Of a DNA stretch of 64,000 bases, positions 38,997 to 48,100 are shown one piece after another. The DNA is taken from positions 21,130 to 85,129 of IMG/VR virus record IMGVR_UViG_3300035034_000707, one strand, 5' to 3'. The position numbers and the translations under genes were made by a program. The notes beneath the pieces were generated by a model, which saw only the letters and a list, made by a program, of their open reading frames with translations, was not told the origin of the DNA and did not search any database. This DNA is from a virus. Numbering within the stretch: the first letter of the stretch is position 1; the number at the start of each line of letters is the position of its first letter.

Positions 38997-39564
38997 GAAA
39001 ATCCCGCGCTGGCGGGACAAGACGGATGAAGAACAGTGGGCGGAAATCTATAGAGGCCGTGCGGCCAAGGAAAAGGCACGCCCCCGCTCAGTTCAGCAGG
39101 CGGTCGCCCTTGCGTTGCCGCCCTACCTTATGCACCAAGCCATTGCAGACTGCCACGCGACGTTCCAAGCAGTCGTGCGCCATGACGTACACACGGCCAT
39201 CGTAGCTGGTATTGCCAAGGTATCCTCTCTCTTGCTCAAAGAGCAGGACCGGAAGCGTATGGCGAACCAACTGGACAGGTATTATGACACGATCCGAAAG
39301 CAGGGGTTTTACCTGAACAACCGAGAATTCCTCTATGCGGTCGCACACGCTACGGTGACGCTGGCTGACGATTGGCGCTACCCCCCGGACGCCCCGGCCT
39401 GTATGGCGGCGCTCATGCTGAAAGAAGACGCTGAGACGGATGAAGTCGGGGATTGGTCCCTGTCTCGCGTTCACGCTATTCAACAGGCTGGACTGGCCTA
39501 TAATGCAATCACCGAGACGGGCCTTTATGCCTTCGCAGAAGATGTCATAAAGAGGGTTGACTAA
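38941..39564 (+). CDS. Hypothetical protein
   Basis: Helical ORF; start uncertain. Confidence 0.6.
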   Translation: MQKTNAGSSILTGNQPRPKKIPRWRDKTDEEQWAEIYRGRAAKEKARPRSVQQAVALALPPYLMHQAIADCHATFQAVVRHDVHTAIVAGIAKVSSLLLKEQDRKRMANQLDRYYDTIRKQGFYLNNREFLYAVAHATVTLADDWRYPPDAPACMAALMLKEDAETDEVGDWSLSRVHAIQQAGLAYNAITETGLYAFAEDVIKRVD

Positions 39565-39585
39565 CTACCCTATGGGGGTTAGGTT
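39557..39585 (+). promoter_or_regulatory. Phage promoter TTGACT-17-TAGGTT
   Basis: Leader CACCACAACC (39593) + TTGGAGA (39607). Confidence 0.8.
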
Positions 39586-39618
39586 GTTCTAACACCACAA
39601 CCACTCTTGGAGATAGCA

Positions 39619-41490
39619 ATGTCACAGTATTGGGCCGCAACTACAGGCTTCCCGCACACCGCCCCGCCACCGGATAAAGCCATCTATGGTGGTAAGGGTG
39701 CGGGGCTTATCGAAATGGCGCAGGCACAGTTACCCGTTCCCCGCGCGCTGGTCATTACGACCCTCGCATGGCAGTATTACAAAACCCATAACAAGCTGCC
39801 AGACGAACTCATTGATCGAGTTGCATGGTTCGTCAGTGACGACAAAGACTGCATGTTTAGTGTTCGCTCCGGCGCTCCAGTATCCATGCCGGGGATGATG
39901 GACACGGTTCTGAATGTTGGAGTAACAGTAGAACTGGATGATATGTATCCCGGCGCGTTTCACCGCTTTGCTACATCGTGGCTAGAGATCGTCAAGGGAG
40001 TGCCAAAGGCACGGGTAAAGACCCTCTCCGAAATGATAGAGGCCCGCGCAGACAGCAGCGAACGGCGGTTTTCTCTGATGGCAGGGGTAATCAAAAGCGC
40101 AGAGGGCCTCGACATTCCCTTAGCGCGCACCGAACAGGTGCTGGCCTGCATCGAAGCCGTATTCCGCTCATGGGATACCCCACGCGCTCGGGCTTATCGC
40201 AAGATGCACGATATCCCGGAAGATATGGGCACAGCCTGCGTGGTACAAAAAATGGTAATGGGGACAGCCAAGGGCCTCTCGGGGTCAGGCGTCATGTTTA
40301 CCCGGAACCCGGCCACGGGTGAGAACGAAATGAAAGGTGAGATAGCCTTCAACGCTCAAGGTGAGGAAGTTGTATCAGGTGAAATAACGCCCATGTCCCT
40401 AGACGATCTGGCACATTCCGGCAACCCATATTGGGAAAACCTGCACTCACAGCTAGGCAGTCTCTGCTCCACACTGGAAGCCCATTTCGGGGACGTTCAG
40501 GACATTGAATTCACGGTAGAGGATGGGACCCTCTACGTCCTTCAAACCCGCACGGCTAAGATGTCAGCCCGCGCCCGTATAGAAACGGCGGTGGCCCTTT
40601 GCGCCTCCATGCCCTCCCCCCAGCGCTACAGCTACCTCAAGGCCCGTCTCACGCGCCGCATGGTAGAGCAAACGCGCATCGCGGTAGTCGATACCGACAT
40701 GAAACCGACTATGACCGGTTTGCCCGCAGCCCCGGGCGCTATCTCAGGCAGGATTGTCTTTCGCACGACGCCGATAGCCAAGATTGGTAAGGACTGTATT
40801 TTGGTCGCAGAGGATACATCGCCAGACGATTTCCCTATCATGGCGAAGTGCGGCGGCATCCTAACCAAGACCGGGGGCTTTACCTGCCACTCGGCGGTGG
40901 TCGCTCGGGGCATCGGGGTTCCGGCAGTAGTTGGGGCCGGTGATCTTACGTTCACTAAGCAGGGCTGGGTCACTATAGGTAGCACCCAGATACAAGAGGA
41001 AAGCTATATCACGCTAGATGGGACCTTAGGTCAGGTATTTACTGGAGAACACCCGGTCAAGAAACAGCAGCCCCCACGCTCCATTTATGAGGCGCTTCAC
41101 TATATTGTAAAAAGCAAGGGTATTGAGGTCGCGTCAGAGGTATACTACTACGATTGCGGGATTGGCTACGATGTAGTGCTACCCCTCAACCCAGCCGATC
41201 TGGATCAGGTAGAAACCCAGCTAAAACGCATGGAAAAGATGAAAGAGAAGGGCAAGAATGTCGTCCTCGCCTTCGAAATGCAGGGCATGGGGGAAGACCT
41301 TTTCAGCGATACGGCAGAGACGCTCTTTCAAGGTATCGCAGACAACTTTGCTGGTGACATCGCCGGGACCACTATAGCCTACGGTGTCAGTCACGCTATG
41401 GCTCCTAAAGTCACCGAAATGCTAGGGGTATCGGTCAATCTCAAAAATGAGATAAGCATCCTTGACCTCCTTGACCTGCTAGGGGGTTAA
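39619..41490 (+). CDS. PPDK-like dikinase: ATP-grasp + phospho-His swivel domain, lacking the pyruvate/PEP barrel
   Basis: GGKGAGL, SVRSGAPVSMPGMMDT, GEEVVSG, QDIEFT, LQTR, GGFTCHSAVVARG. Confidence 0.88.
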   Translation: MSQYWAATTGFPHTAPPPDKAIYGGKGAGLIEMAQAQLPVPRALVITTLAWQYYKTHNKLPDELIDRVAWFVSDDKDCMFSVRSGAPVSMPGMMDTVLNVGVTVELDDMYPGAFHRFATSWLEIVKGVPKARVKTLSEMIEARADSSERRFSLMAGVIKSAEGLDIPLARTEQVLACIEAVFRSWDTPRARAYRKMHDIPEDMGTACVVQKMVMGTAKGLSGSGVMFTRNPATGENEMKGEIAFNAQGEEVVSGEITPMSLDDLAHSGNPYWENLHSQLGSLCSTLEAHFGDVQDIEFTVEDGTLYVLQTRTAKMSARARIETAVALCASMPSPQRYSYLKARLTRRMVEQTRIAVVDTDMKPTMTGLPAAPGAISGRIVFRTTPIAKIGKDCILVAEDTSPDDFPIMAKCGGILTKTGGFTCHSAVVARGIGVPAVVGAGDLTFTKQGWVTIGSTQIQEESYITLDGTLGQVFTGEHPVKKQQPPRSIYEALHYIVKSKGIEVASEVYYYDCGIGYDVVLPLNPADLDQVETQLKRMEKMKEKGKNVVLAFEMQGMGEDLFSDTAETLFQGIADNFAGDIAGTTIAYGVSHAMAPKVTEMLGVSVNLKNEISILDLLDLLGG

Positions 41491-41505
41491 AAGCCATGGT
41501 GTCAG

Positions 41506-41778
41506 ATGTTCATAGTAAACGCACAAGAGGGTCAGTCCATTCTGGTTGGGGACCGTATCATCCGCCCGGTGTCCGTGCTACGTCCGGGCGTTGTCTCATT
41601 AGAAATAGAAGGGGAACCCGGAACCATCCTAATTGGATGGGACCGAAAGCTGGCGATATTCCCAGAGGTTCTGGTAACAGTCAGCCGCACGGCGGGCTTT
41701 TCTCAACGGATCAAGTTTCTGTTCGATGCGCCGAAGTCTATCCGCATCCGGGAACTGCCCTATGACCCACCCGAATGA
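41506..41778 (+). CDS. CsrA/RsmA-like protein (extended)
   Basis: MFIVNAQEGQSILVGD and IKFLFDAPKSIRIRE resemble CsrA N- and C-terminal strands. Confidence 0.55.
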   Translation: MFIVNAQEGQSILVGDRIIRPVSVLRPGVVSLEIEGEPGTILIGWDRKLAIFPEVLVTVSRTAGFSQRIKFLFDAPKSIRIRELPYDPPE

Positions 41779-42136
41779 ATTCACGGTATCAGAGGCGGCG
41801 GTAAGGCAAGCCCGCAGTTATGGCTTCTGGGTCGATACAGCGGCCCGGGTAAGGGGTCTAGCCTCACAAGCGGCCCCGACTACCCATATGGCCGGAAACG
41901 CCACCTACGGGCCATTTGTGCTACTCATACAGGATAGGCATATCGCTTCGGTTACGATGATAGGACCGCAGCAGATTGATCATCGCCCGGTTTCAGAGTG
42001 CAAACTATGCCGGGGTCTGATGGCCTACCCATTCGTTACGATCATAGACGGCAAGGAAGGGGTCGCCCAACGGCCCTGCCCCCGCGCGTTTGATAACGCC
42101 CAACCACTCTGCGATATGAAAGGCAATAAACCATGA
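41762..42136 (+). CDS. Hypothetical protein with C-terminal Cys cluster
   Basis: CKLC...CP...C. Confidence 0.6.
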   Translation: MTHPNEFTVSEAAVRQARSYGFWVDTAARVRGLASQAAPTTHMAGNATYGPFVLLIQDRHIASVTMIGPQQIDHRPVSECKLCRGLMAYPFVTIIDGKEGVAQRPCPRAFDNAQPLCDMKGNKP

Positions 42137-42669
42137 TAAAAGCTGTCCCCATCCCTCTCGAAAATGGTCTGACAGGCTGGCTACATGCTGGCCCCACGAA
42201 AGACCTCCCACCCGGATACATGCTCATTCGGTGTGCGGAAGAAATCCCGGTCGCGGAAGAGTACATCGCCTATGACCTAGGTGTCAGAGACTTCGCCACC
42301 TTCGAAGAGGAAAATCTGGATGCCGCCCTGCCGGGAATTATTGAGGACCTTGAAGTTGGACGCCCGCTCTATGTTGGCTGTATGGGCGGAACCGGACGAA
42401 CAGGGACGCTGCTGGCCTTGCTGGTCGCACAGCACCCGGCCTTCACCGGGGGCCGGGCAATCGACTATATCCGGCAGGTTTACAAGCCCGGCGCGATTGA
42501 GACAAAAGATCAGGAAAAGCAAGTCAGGACCTATGTGCGGATCGACTCACGCTATGGGGCTGGTCTGAACAAATCCCCCTATCCTGAAATTACAGAGGGT
42601 AATGCCACGCGGCCTCACACTGAACAGGGCTGGGTGCGCCGCCTCTTTTCACGCATATGGGCTGAGTAA
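42133..42669 (+). CDS. CX5R tyrosine/dual-specificity phosphatase-like protein
   Basis: GCMGGTGRTG P-loop, AIETKDQ. Confidence 0.85.
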   Translation: MIKAVPIPLENGLTGWLHAGPTKDLPPGYMLIRCAEEIPVAEEYIAYDLGVRDFATFEEENLDAALPGIIEDLEVGRPLYVGCMGGTGRTGTLLALLVAQHPAFTGGRAIDYIRQVYKPGAIETKDQEKQVRTYVRIDSRYGAGLNKSPYPEITEGNATRPHTEQGWVRRLFSRIWAE

Positions 42670-42674
42670 CCGGG

Positions 42675-42703
42675 TTGACAAACGGGGTAGACGCCCTTAG
42701 AAT
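42675..42703 (+). promoter_or_regulatory. Phage promoter TTGACA-17-TAGAAT
   Basis: Leader CACCATAA...CCTTGGAGG. Confidence 0.8.
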
Positions 42704-42735
42704 GGGAGAACACCATAAGCCCCTTGGAGGATACA

Positions 42736-43689
42736 ATGATTACCCTAGATTATTTCAAGACCCACCCGCTCAGGGTCGCCAAATCGCAGGCTGATGTTAC
42801 TATTGGAAGTCTTCTGACTGCTGAAAAAGCCACTATCCTAGAGCCTGCCATGCACCCGTCTATGGGGGCCTATATCCACTACGGCGGCGTTGAACTGGCG
42901 GATATGCTTACGATCACCAAACCGGACCTTAGCGCTTCGGAAAGAGCAGACTTGGCTAAATACTGGTACGGTTCCTGCGGGGCCGTCACGAAGCAGCTTA
43001 TGTTCTACGTCTGGCGAATTGTTTCCAAGGAACTCCGGCACGGCAATTCAGCCAAATGCCACAAAGCCTTTTCCTCAGGCACCTTCGACCCAGACGCTGT
43101 TGCGTTATGCACCGCGATATCATCCCAGCCCGGGAACTATATGGATCATGTTGCCAAATACCCTCATATAACCGCCCTAGCCTATATTGAAGCAGTCGAA
43201 CAAAACTACCGGCATGGGGGCTGGGCTGGCGCGTTCGGTGGTAAGAAATGGGCCGATATTGCACTTGTCCTACTGTGGTATCTGAAAGGCGATATCAGCG
43301 CAATGTTGGCGGCGGACCGGGCATGGTCCCTCGTGCACAACACCGGTCCGATATTCAATAAAGGGTTCTATTTCACGCTTCATGATGGGAACCTTCAAGC
43401 CCTCCTGAACGCTCAGGCCGCTTCATCAGTTTTCACCATGGCGGATAAGGTTGAAGCCCTCTATTCGCATCAGGTGCTGGACCAGTTCAAGGAATTTAAG
43501 CACCGCGCCCTCGCGGCTATCCAGAAGGTCAAACCTGAGTATCAAGCCGGTGACGGCGGCGGGGTCCATGCGGATGGCTCGAAAGCCTCAGAGGCCTCGG
43601 CTACTACCACGGAAAACGGGGCTAAGATCACAGCCCACCCCTTTGGGGTCTACACGATAAACACCACTAATGAGCGAAAGGAAGCGTAA
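42736..43689 (+). CDS. Hypothetical protein (FGGKKW...D...HNTG..FNK)
   Basis: 317-aa ORF with promoter/RBS; enzyme-like polar motifs. Confidence 0.75.
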   Translation: MITLDYFKTHPLRVAKSQADVTIGSLLTAEKATILEPAMHPSMGAYIHYGGVELADMLTITKPDLSASERADLAKYWYGSCGAVTKQLMFYVWRIVSKELRHGNSAKCHKAFSSGTFDPDAVALCTAISSQPGNYMDHVAKYPHITALAYIEAVEQNYRHGGWAGAFGGKKWADIALVLLWYLKGDISAMLAADRAWSLVHNTGPIFNKGFYFTLHDGNLQALLNAQAASSVFTMADKVEALYSHQVLDQFKEFKHRALAAIQKVKPEYQAGDGGGVHADGSKASEASATTTENGAKITAHPFGVYTINTTNERKEA

Positions 43690-44285
43690 TGTCAGGACAT
43701 AAGGGTATGGGTTTTATCGACTTCTCAGACATGGACGATTTAGACCTTGGCTACTCCAGCAAGGGGAAGGGGCAGAGGGTTTTTATCCCGCAGGGGAAGC
43801 GGTGTCACGAGACGCACCCGGACCTCCCTATTGGCATCGGAACGCTTATCGGGGGTAACTGCCGGAACCACGACCGGCATAAGGATGTAGCCCTCTACGT
43901 CGCTCTGGATTATTCGATGGAGCACCCGAAATTTTTACCGGAAATGTCTATCACGGACGCCCCCCGCTGCGTATATTACCCGATTGAGAACATGAAAATA
44001 CCCCGGCACGCAGACAACTTTGCGGAACTGGTTAAGCTGATCCGGCGCTATCTAGACCTTGGGCAGCGGGTTCATGTTGGGTGCATCGGCGGACATGGCC
44101 GCACGGGGCTGGTAATTGCCGCCGTCGCCTCACATTACTTCGAAGGGGATTGCATCGCTTGGACGCGGAATAACTATTGCGACCGGGCCATTGAAAGCAA
44201 AGCGCAGGAAAACTTCCTCGTGGTTCACTACGGGGCCACCAAGCCTCCACAAAAGTATGTCAATACGGTTGACAAACGCAAATAA
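43689..44285 (+). CDS. Second CX5R phosphatase-like protein
   Basis: HVGCIGGHGRTG, AIESKAQ. Confidence 0.85.
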   Translation: MSGHKGMGFIDFSDMDDLDLGYSSKGKGQRVFIPQGKRCHETHPDLPIGIGTLIGGNCRNHDRHKDVALYVALDYSMEHPKFLPEMSITDAPRCVYYPIENMKIPRHADNFAELVKLIRRYLDLGQRVHVGCIGGHGRTGLVIAAVASHYFEGDCIAWTRNNYCDRAIESKAQENFLVVHYGATKPPQKYVNTVDKRK

Positions 44286-44297
44286 GGGGAATAGGGT
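44269..44297 (+). promoter_or_regulatory. Phage promoter TTGACA-17-TAGGGT
   Basis: Leader CACCACACCCTTGGAGAA. Confidence 0.8.
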
Positions 44298-44327
44298 GTA
44301 GGTACACCACACCCTTGGAGAACCACA

Positions 44328-45104
44328 ATGGCCGTCAAATTTAAGAACGCACCCGACGCGGGGGAACCCGACACAACCAAGACATTTGCTTTCCTGCAAG
44401 AAAAGGTTCGAACCGCCTTCGGCCTGCCGGATGAAGTTGAAATACACACCAGCCTAACCCGAACCTCGCTGCACTGTAACGGGGTCAGGGTTGACCTGCC
44501 CTTCGGAATTCCCGATATCAAAGGGGGTAATTCACTTCGTATGCACCTAGCGCGCAAGACCCTCGTGCAGTTAACCCACTCTGCTGGTATTGATTATGCG
44601 GCCCTTCCGAAGTATTCGCCAGAGTCAGAGGCGCTAGGCGGTGTCCCTATCCCGGCGCAGTCAGACGACCCAGATACCATGACGGATGATCAATGGGTTG
44701 TTCACGTCGCAAGCCAGCTATTCCCCGGCACGATCCATCTTCATAAAGCTAGCGACCTCTACCAGCCAGTCCTTGGCACGTCTTCTGGTTCCATATACAA
44801 AACATGCTTTATCGGACCACACCTCAAGATCGCGGCCCGGCTCAAAAAGGAGTCTGTCAGCTTCCGAGCCACGACCAACCATAACACCGCGCCAGAAGGG
44901 GACCTAGCTGATATCCTGAAACGGTTGGGGCTAGCGTCCTCGGGCGAAGATCGTATGACCGGACATGCCGCTATGACAGGCCCCTATACCGATGAATATG
45001 CTTTTGAGTATCGGGCATTGTTCGGGGCCTATTACGCCGCGCTCAAGCCTTGGATCACCAGCAATTTTCCGGCTATCGGAAAACTATCAGAGGGGGTCAA
45101 GTGA
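44328..45104 (+). CDS. Hypothetical protein
   Basis: 258-aa ORF, GTGA-coupled to polymerase. Confidence 0.75.
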   Translation: MAVKFKNAPDAGEPDTTKTFAFLQEKVRTAFGLPDEVEIHTSLTRTSLHCNGVRVDLPFGIPDIKGGNSLRMHLARKTLVQLTHSAGIDYAALPKYSPESEALGGVPIPAQSDDPDTMTDDQWVVHVASQLFPGTIHLHKASDLYQPVLGTSSGSIYKTCFIGPHLKIAARLKKESVSFRATTNHNTAPEGDLADILKRLGLASSGEDRMTGHAAMTGPYTDEYAFEYRALFGAYYAALKPWITSNFPAIGKLSEGVK

Positions 45105-48100
45105 GACTTATAGTCTGTGATGGCGACCCCGCCGATGTAAACACCGCCCTCGGACAGCTTAATGCTCCGGGGGCGTCCGTGCTTCTCAACCCCCAATGGC
45201 TGGTCCCGGACCCTACTGAGCCGTTATGGATTGCCTGCGGGGCGTCAGCCGTCAAGATGATACAGGCGGCGGGATGGATACCCAAGAAGGGGGGCGTAGA
45301 GGCCAACCGGGGTAAGCTGTATCAGGGCGTTCACCCAGACGGGTGGACCTCCCCTATCAATGTCGGGGTATCCTACGCGCCCCAGATCATGCACATGGAG
45401 TATGAGAAATTCGTCATGTTCCAAGCAGACATTGGCATCTATCGCCGGTTCGAACAGACTGGCTCCATGGAACCCCAGCTAGGGCACTACACCTATGCTA
45501 CCAGCCTGTCCGGGGTAGTGGCCTACCTCAAGGCGCAATATGCCGTCACGGGCGCTCCTGTTGACCTCTCGCTGGACCTAGAGACTGAGGGGCTGGACCC
45601 CTTTGCCCTCGACAAGCAAATCGTGACCATTCAAGCCTCGGCCAAGGAGGGTATCTCGGACGTGGTTTATACGCTCAACGTGGACAAGGGCGTGGTCTCA
45701 AAGGTGATCGAAGAACTCAACTGGATAGCCGAACAGCCGTGGATCAAACTTATTGGCGCGAACCTCAAGTATGACCTCCTATGGCTTCGGGTGAAATGGA
45801 ACGTCAACCTTGTCGAACGGTTTATCTTCGATACCTGTAACGGGGGCTCACTATGCCAAGAGAACAGACCGAACACCCTAAACCTCCACACGAAAATCTA
45901 TTCCTCAGACCTTGGGGGCTATGATGATGCCTTCGGGCGCAAGTATGGCAAAGGCAAGATGGGGTCAGTCCCAAAGGAGGACCTCCTACCCTACGCGGGG
46001 GGAGACACCGATGCCTGTCTTCGCAACTACCGCCATATCAGGAAGGACCTGCTGGCGGATAACCTTACTCCGAGTGGAAAACCAAGCCGCAACTCGCTGG
46101 CTTCGGTCTATCTGAACATCGTACACCCAACGCTCAAAGCCCTCCATAAAATGGAATACACGGGTGTCTATCTGGACATGGATAAATTCCATGAATTTGG
46201 CGCAGACCTAGAGGGTCGCATGGTGGAAAGCATGGCGCGTGCCGCCTCGGTGTTACCCAAGTCCCTGATCCAAAAGTACGGGGGCCTGAATTCCGCCGGG
46301 GGTGCTCCGCTTTCCAAGGCCAACATGATCGCTGAATTCCTTTTCTCGCCTACTGGCCTAAACCTCAAACCGACCATGACGACTGCGATCACGGGGAAGC
46401 CATCGACCGCAGAACAGCACCTTGCGCAATTCAAGGACCACCCTGACGCTGGGCCAGTGTTGGAACGATATCTTGACTACAAGTCGGTGTCCAAGATGCA
46501 CGGAACCTACTACGAAGGGTTCTTGAAACACGTCAGATCAGACGGGCGCTGGCACCCCAGCTATATCATACACAAGCAGGGGTCCGGGAAGAGCAACGAA
46601 CAGGCAGCGGCGGGCACTGTTTGCGTAACTGCGGATACTCTATTTACGACGAACCGGGGGGTGATACCTTACTCTGACCTCAAGATTGGGGACCGCGTAA
46701 TAACTCACACTGGAGCAGTAAAGCCCATCATGGGTTTGGTAGATAACGGCCACCGACCCATCGTTCGCCTTACTACACAAGCTGGCAATGTGCTTGAGTG
46801 CACGCATAACCATAAGGTAATGACTCTGGATGGCTGGGTGCCAGCCGGGTCCCTTAAACTAGGGGATATAATTGTCATTCTAACTGGGGCGGAAATCTGG
46901 AAGCCCGTTGTAGACTGGCCCTTAGAGGTTTCTTCTTGGGGGCGCGTAAAGTCTCACACAGGGGCTATCCTGACTCCCCAACCCAAAGGTAAATGGGGCC
47001 ACCTAAAAGTTTCGCAATGCAGGGATAAAGCGTGGGTCAGGGGGCCGAATTACAGAGACTTATCTATTCACAGGCTGGTAGCCACCGCGTTTGTTCCAAA
47101 CCCCAAGGGCTTACCAGAAGTAAGACACAGAAATGGTCTGGCATGGGATAACCGACCAGACAACCTTTTGTGGGGAACACCCGCAGACAATCGGGAAGAC
47201 ATGCGAAACCATGGAACGGGGCTTGGAACAAAATCTAACCAAAAACTCACACAAGATGAGGTAGCTACCATTCGTGCGTCTAAAGACACGAGTGTTAATC
47301 TGGCATTAATCTACGGTGTTTCGCGGCGGCTTGTCTCAGGCATCCGCTCAGGGGAGAAAAGGCCGCTGCTTCGACCCCCACCTAGGGTGCAGTTTACAAC
47401 GTCCCCTATTACCGCTTTGGACCTTAGTGAGGCCAAGACCTTTGGAGCAGAAGTTAAGGATGATCACAGCCATGTAACCGGGGGGGTAGTTACACACAAC
47501 ACTGGCCGAGGTAGTGCGACTGCACCCGCGTTTCAATGTGTCACCGGTGACGCAGAGATTATGACACGGAATGGGATTGTTCGGGCCGATAGCATTGTAA
47601 ACCCTCTCATTCCTGACGATAGCCGGAACCCCTTCCGGGCGCATGTTATGGACATAGCCGGGTCTGAGGGGTTTCGTCCTACCAGTAATGTATTCAGGTC
47701 ATGGCGGGCCGGGCTGCTCAAGGTAACAACGCATTGCGGGAATGATCTTACGTGCACTCCCGAACACCCGTTTATGACGAATTGTGGCTGGGTTAAAGCC
47801 AAAGACCTCACGGTAGACCATCACCTATCCGTCCCAAGCAGGGTATCGCGCGCGACTTCTCCGACATGGGCTACTAAAAGGGTTGCGGAACTGCTGGGAT
47901 GTATCGCGGCCTGCGCGTCTATTACGACTTCGGAAGATGTCATTTTCATAGAGGTTCCCAATGAGTATGCAGGTTTCGTTGAGGCTCCCCTACAACTGAT
48001 TATGGGGAAGTGGGTTTACCTAAACCGCACAGAAACCACAACGGTATTCCACTTTAGAATTGAAGACGCGCTATCGCTTGAAGCAAAGGGGTTTATGGTA

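Noticed and set aside
41090-42136. Frameshifted remainder of a full PPDK
   Set aside because: Downstream ORFs show no PEP-utiliser C-terminal motifs, so this is not called a pseudogene
43616-43631. Extra copy of the 16-bp palindrome
   Set aside because: Only the TAAGATCAC half matches; not counted
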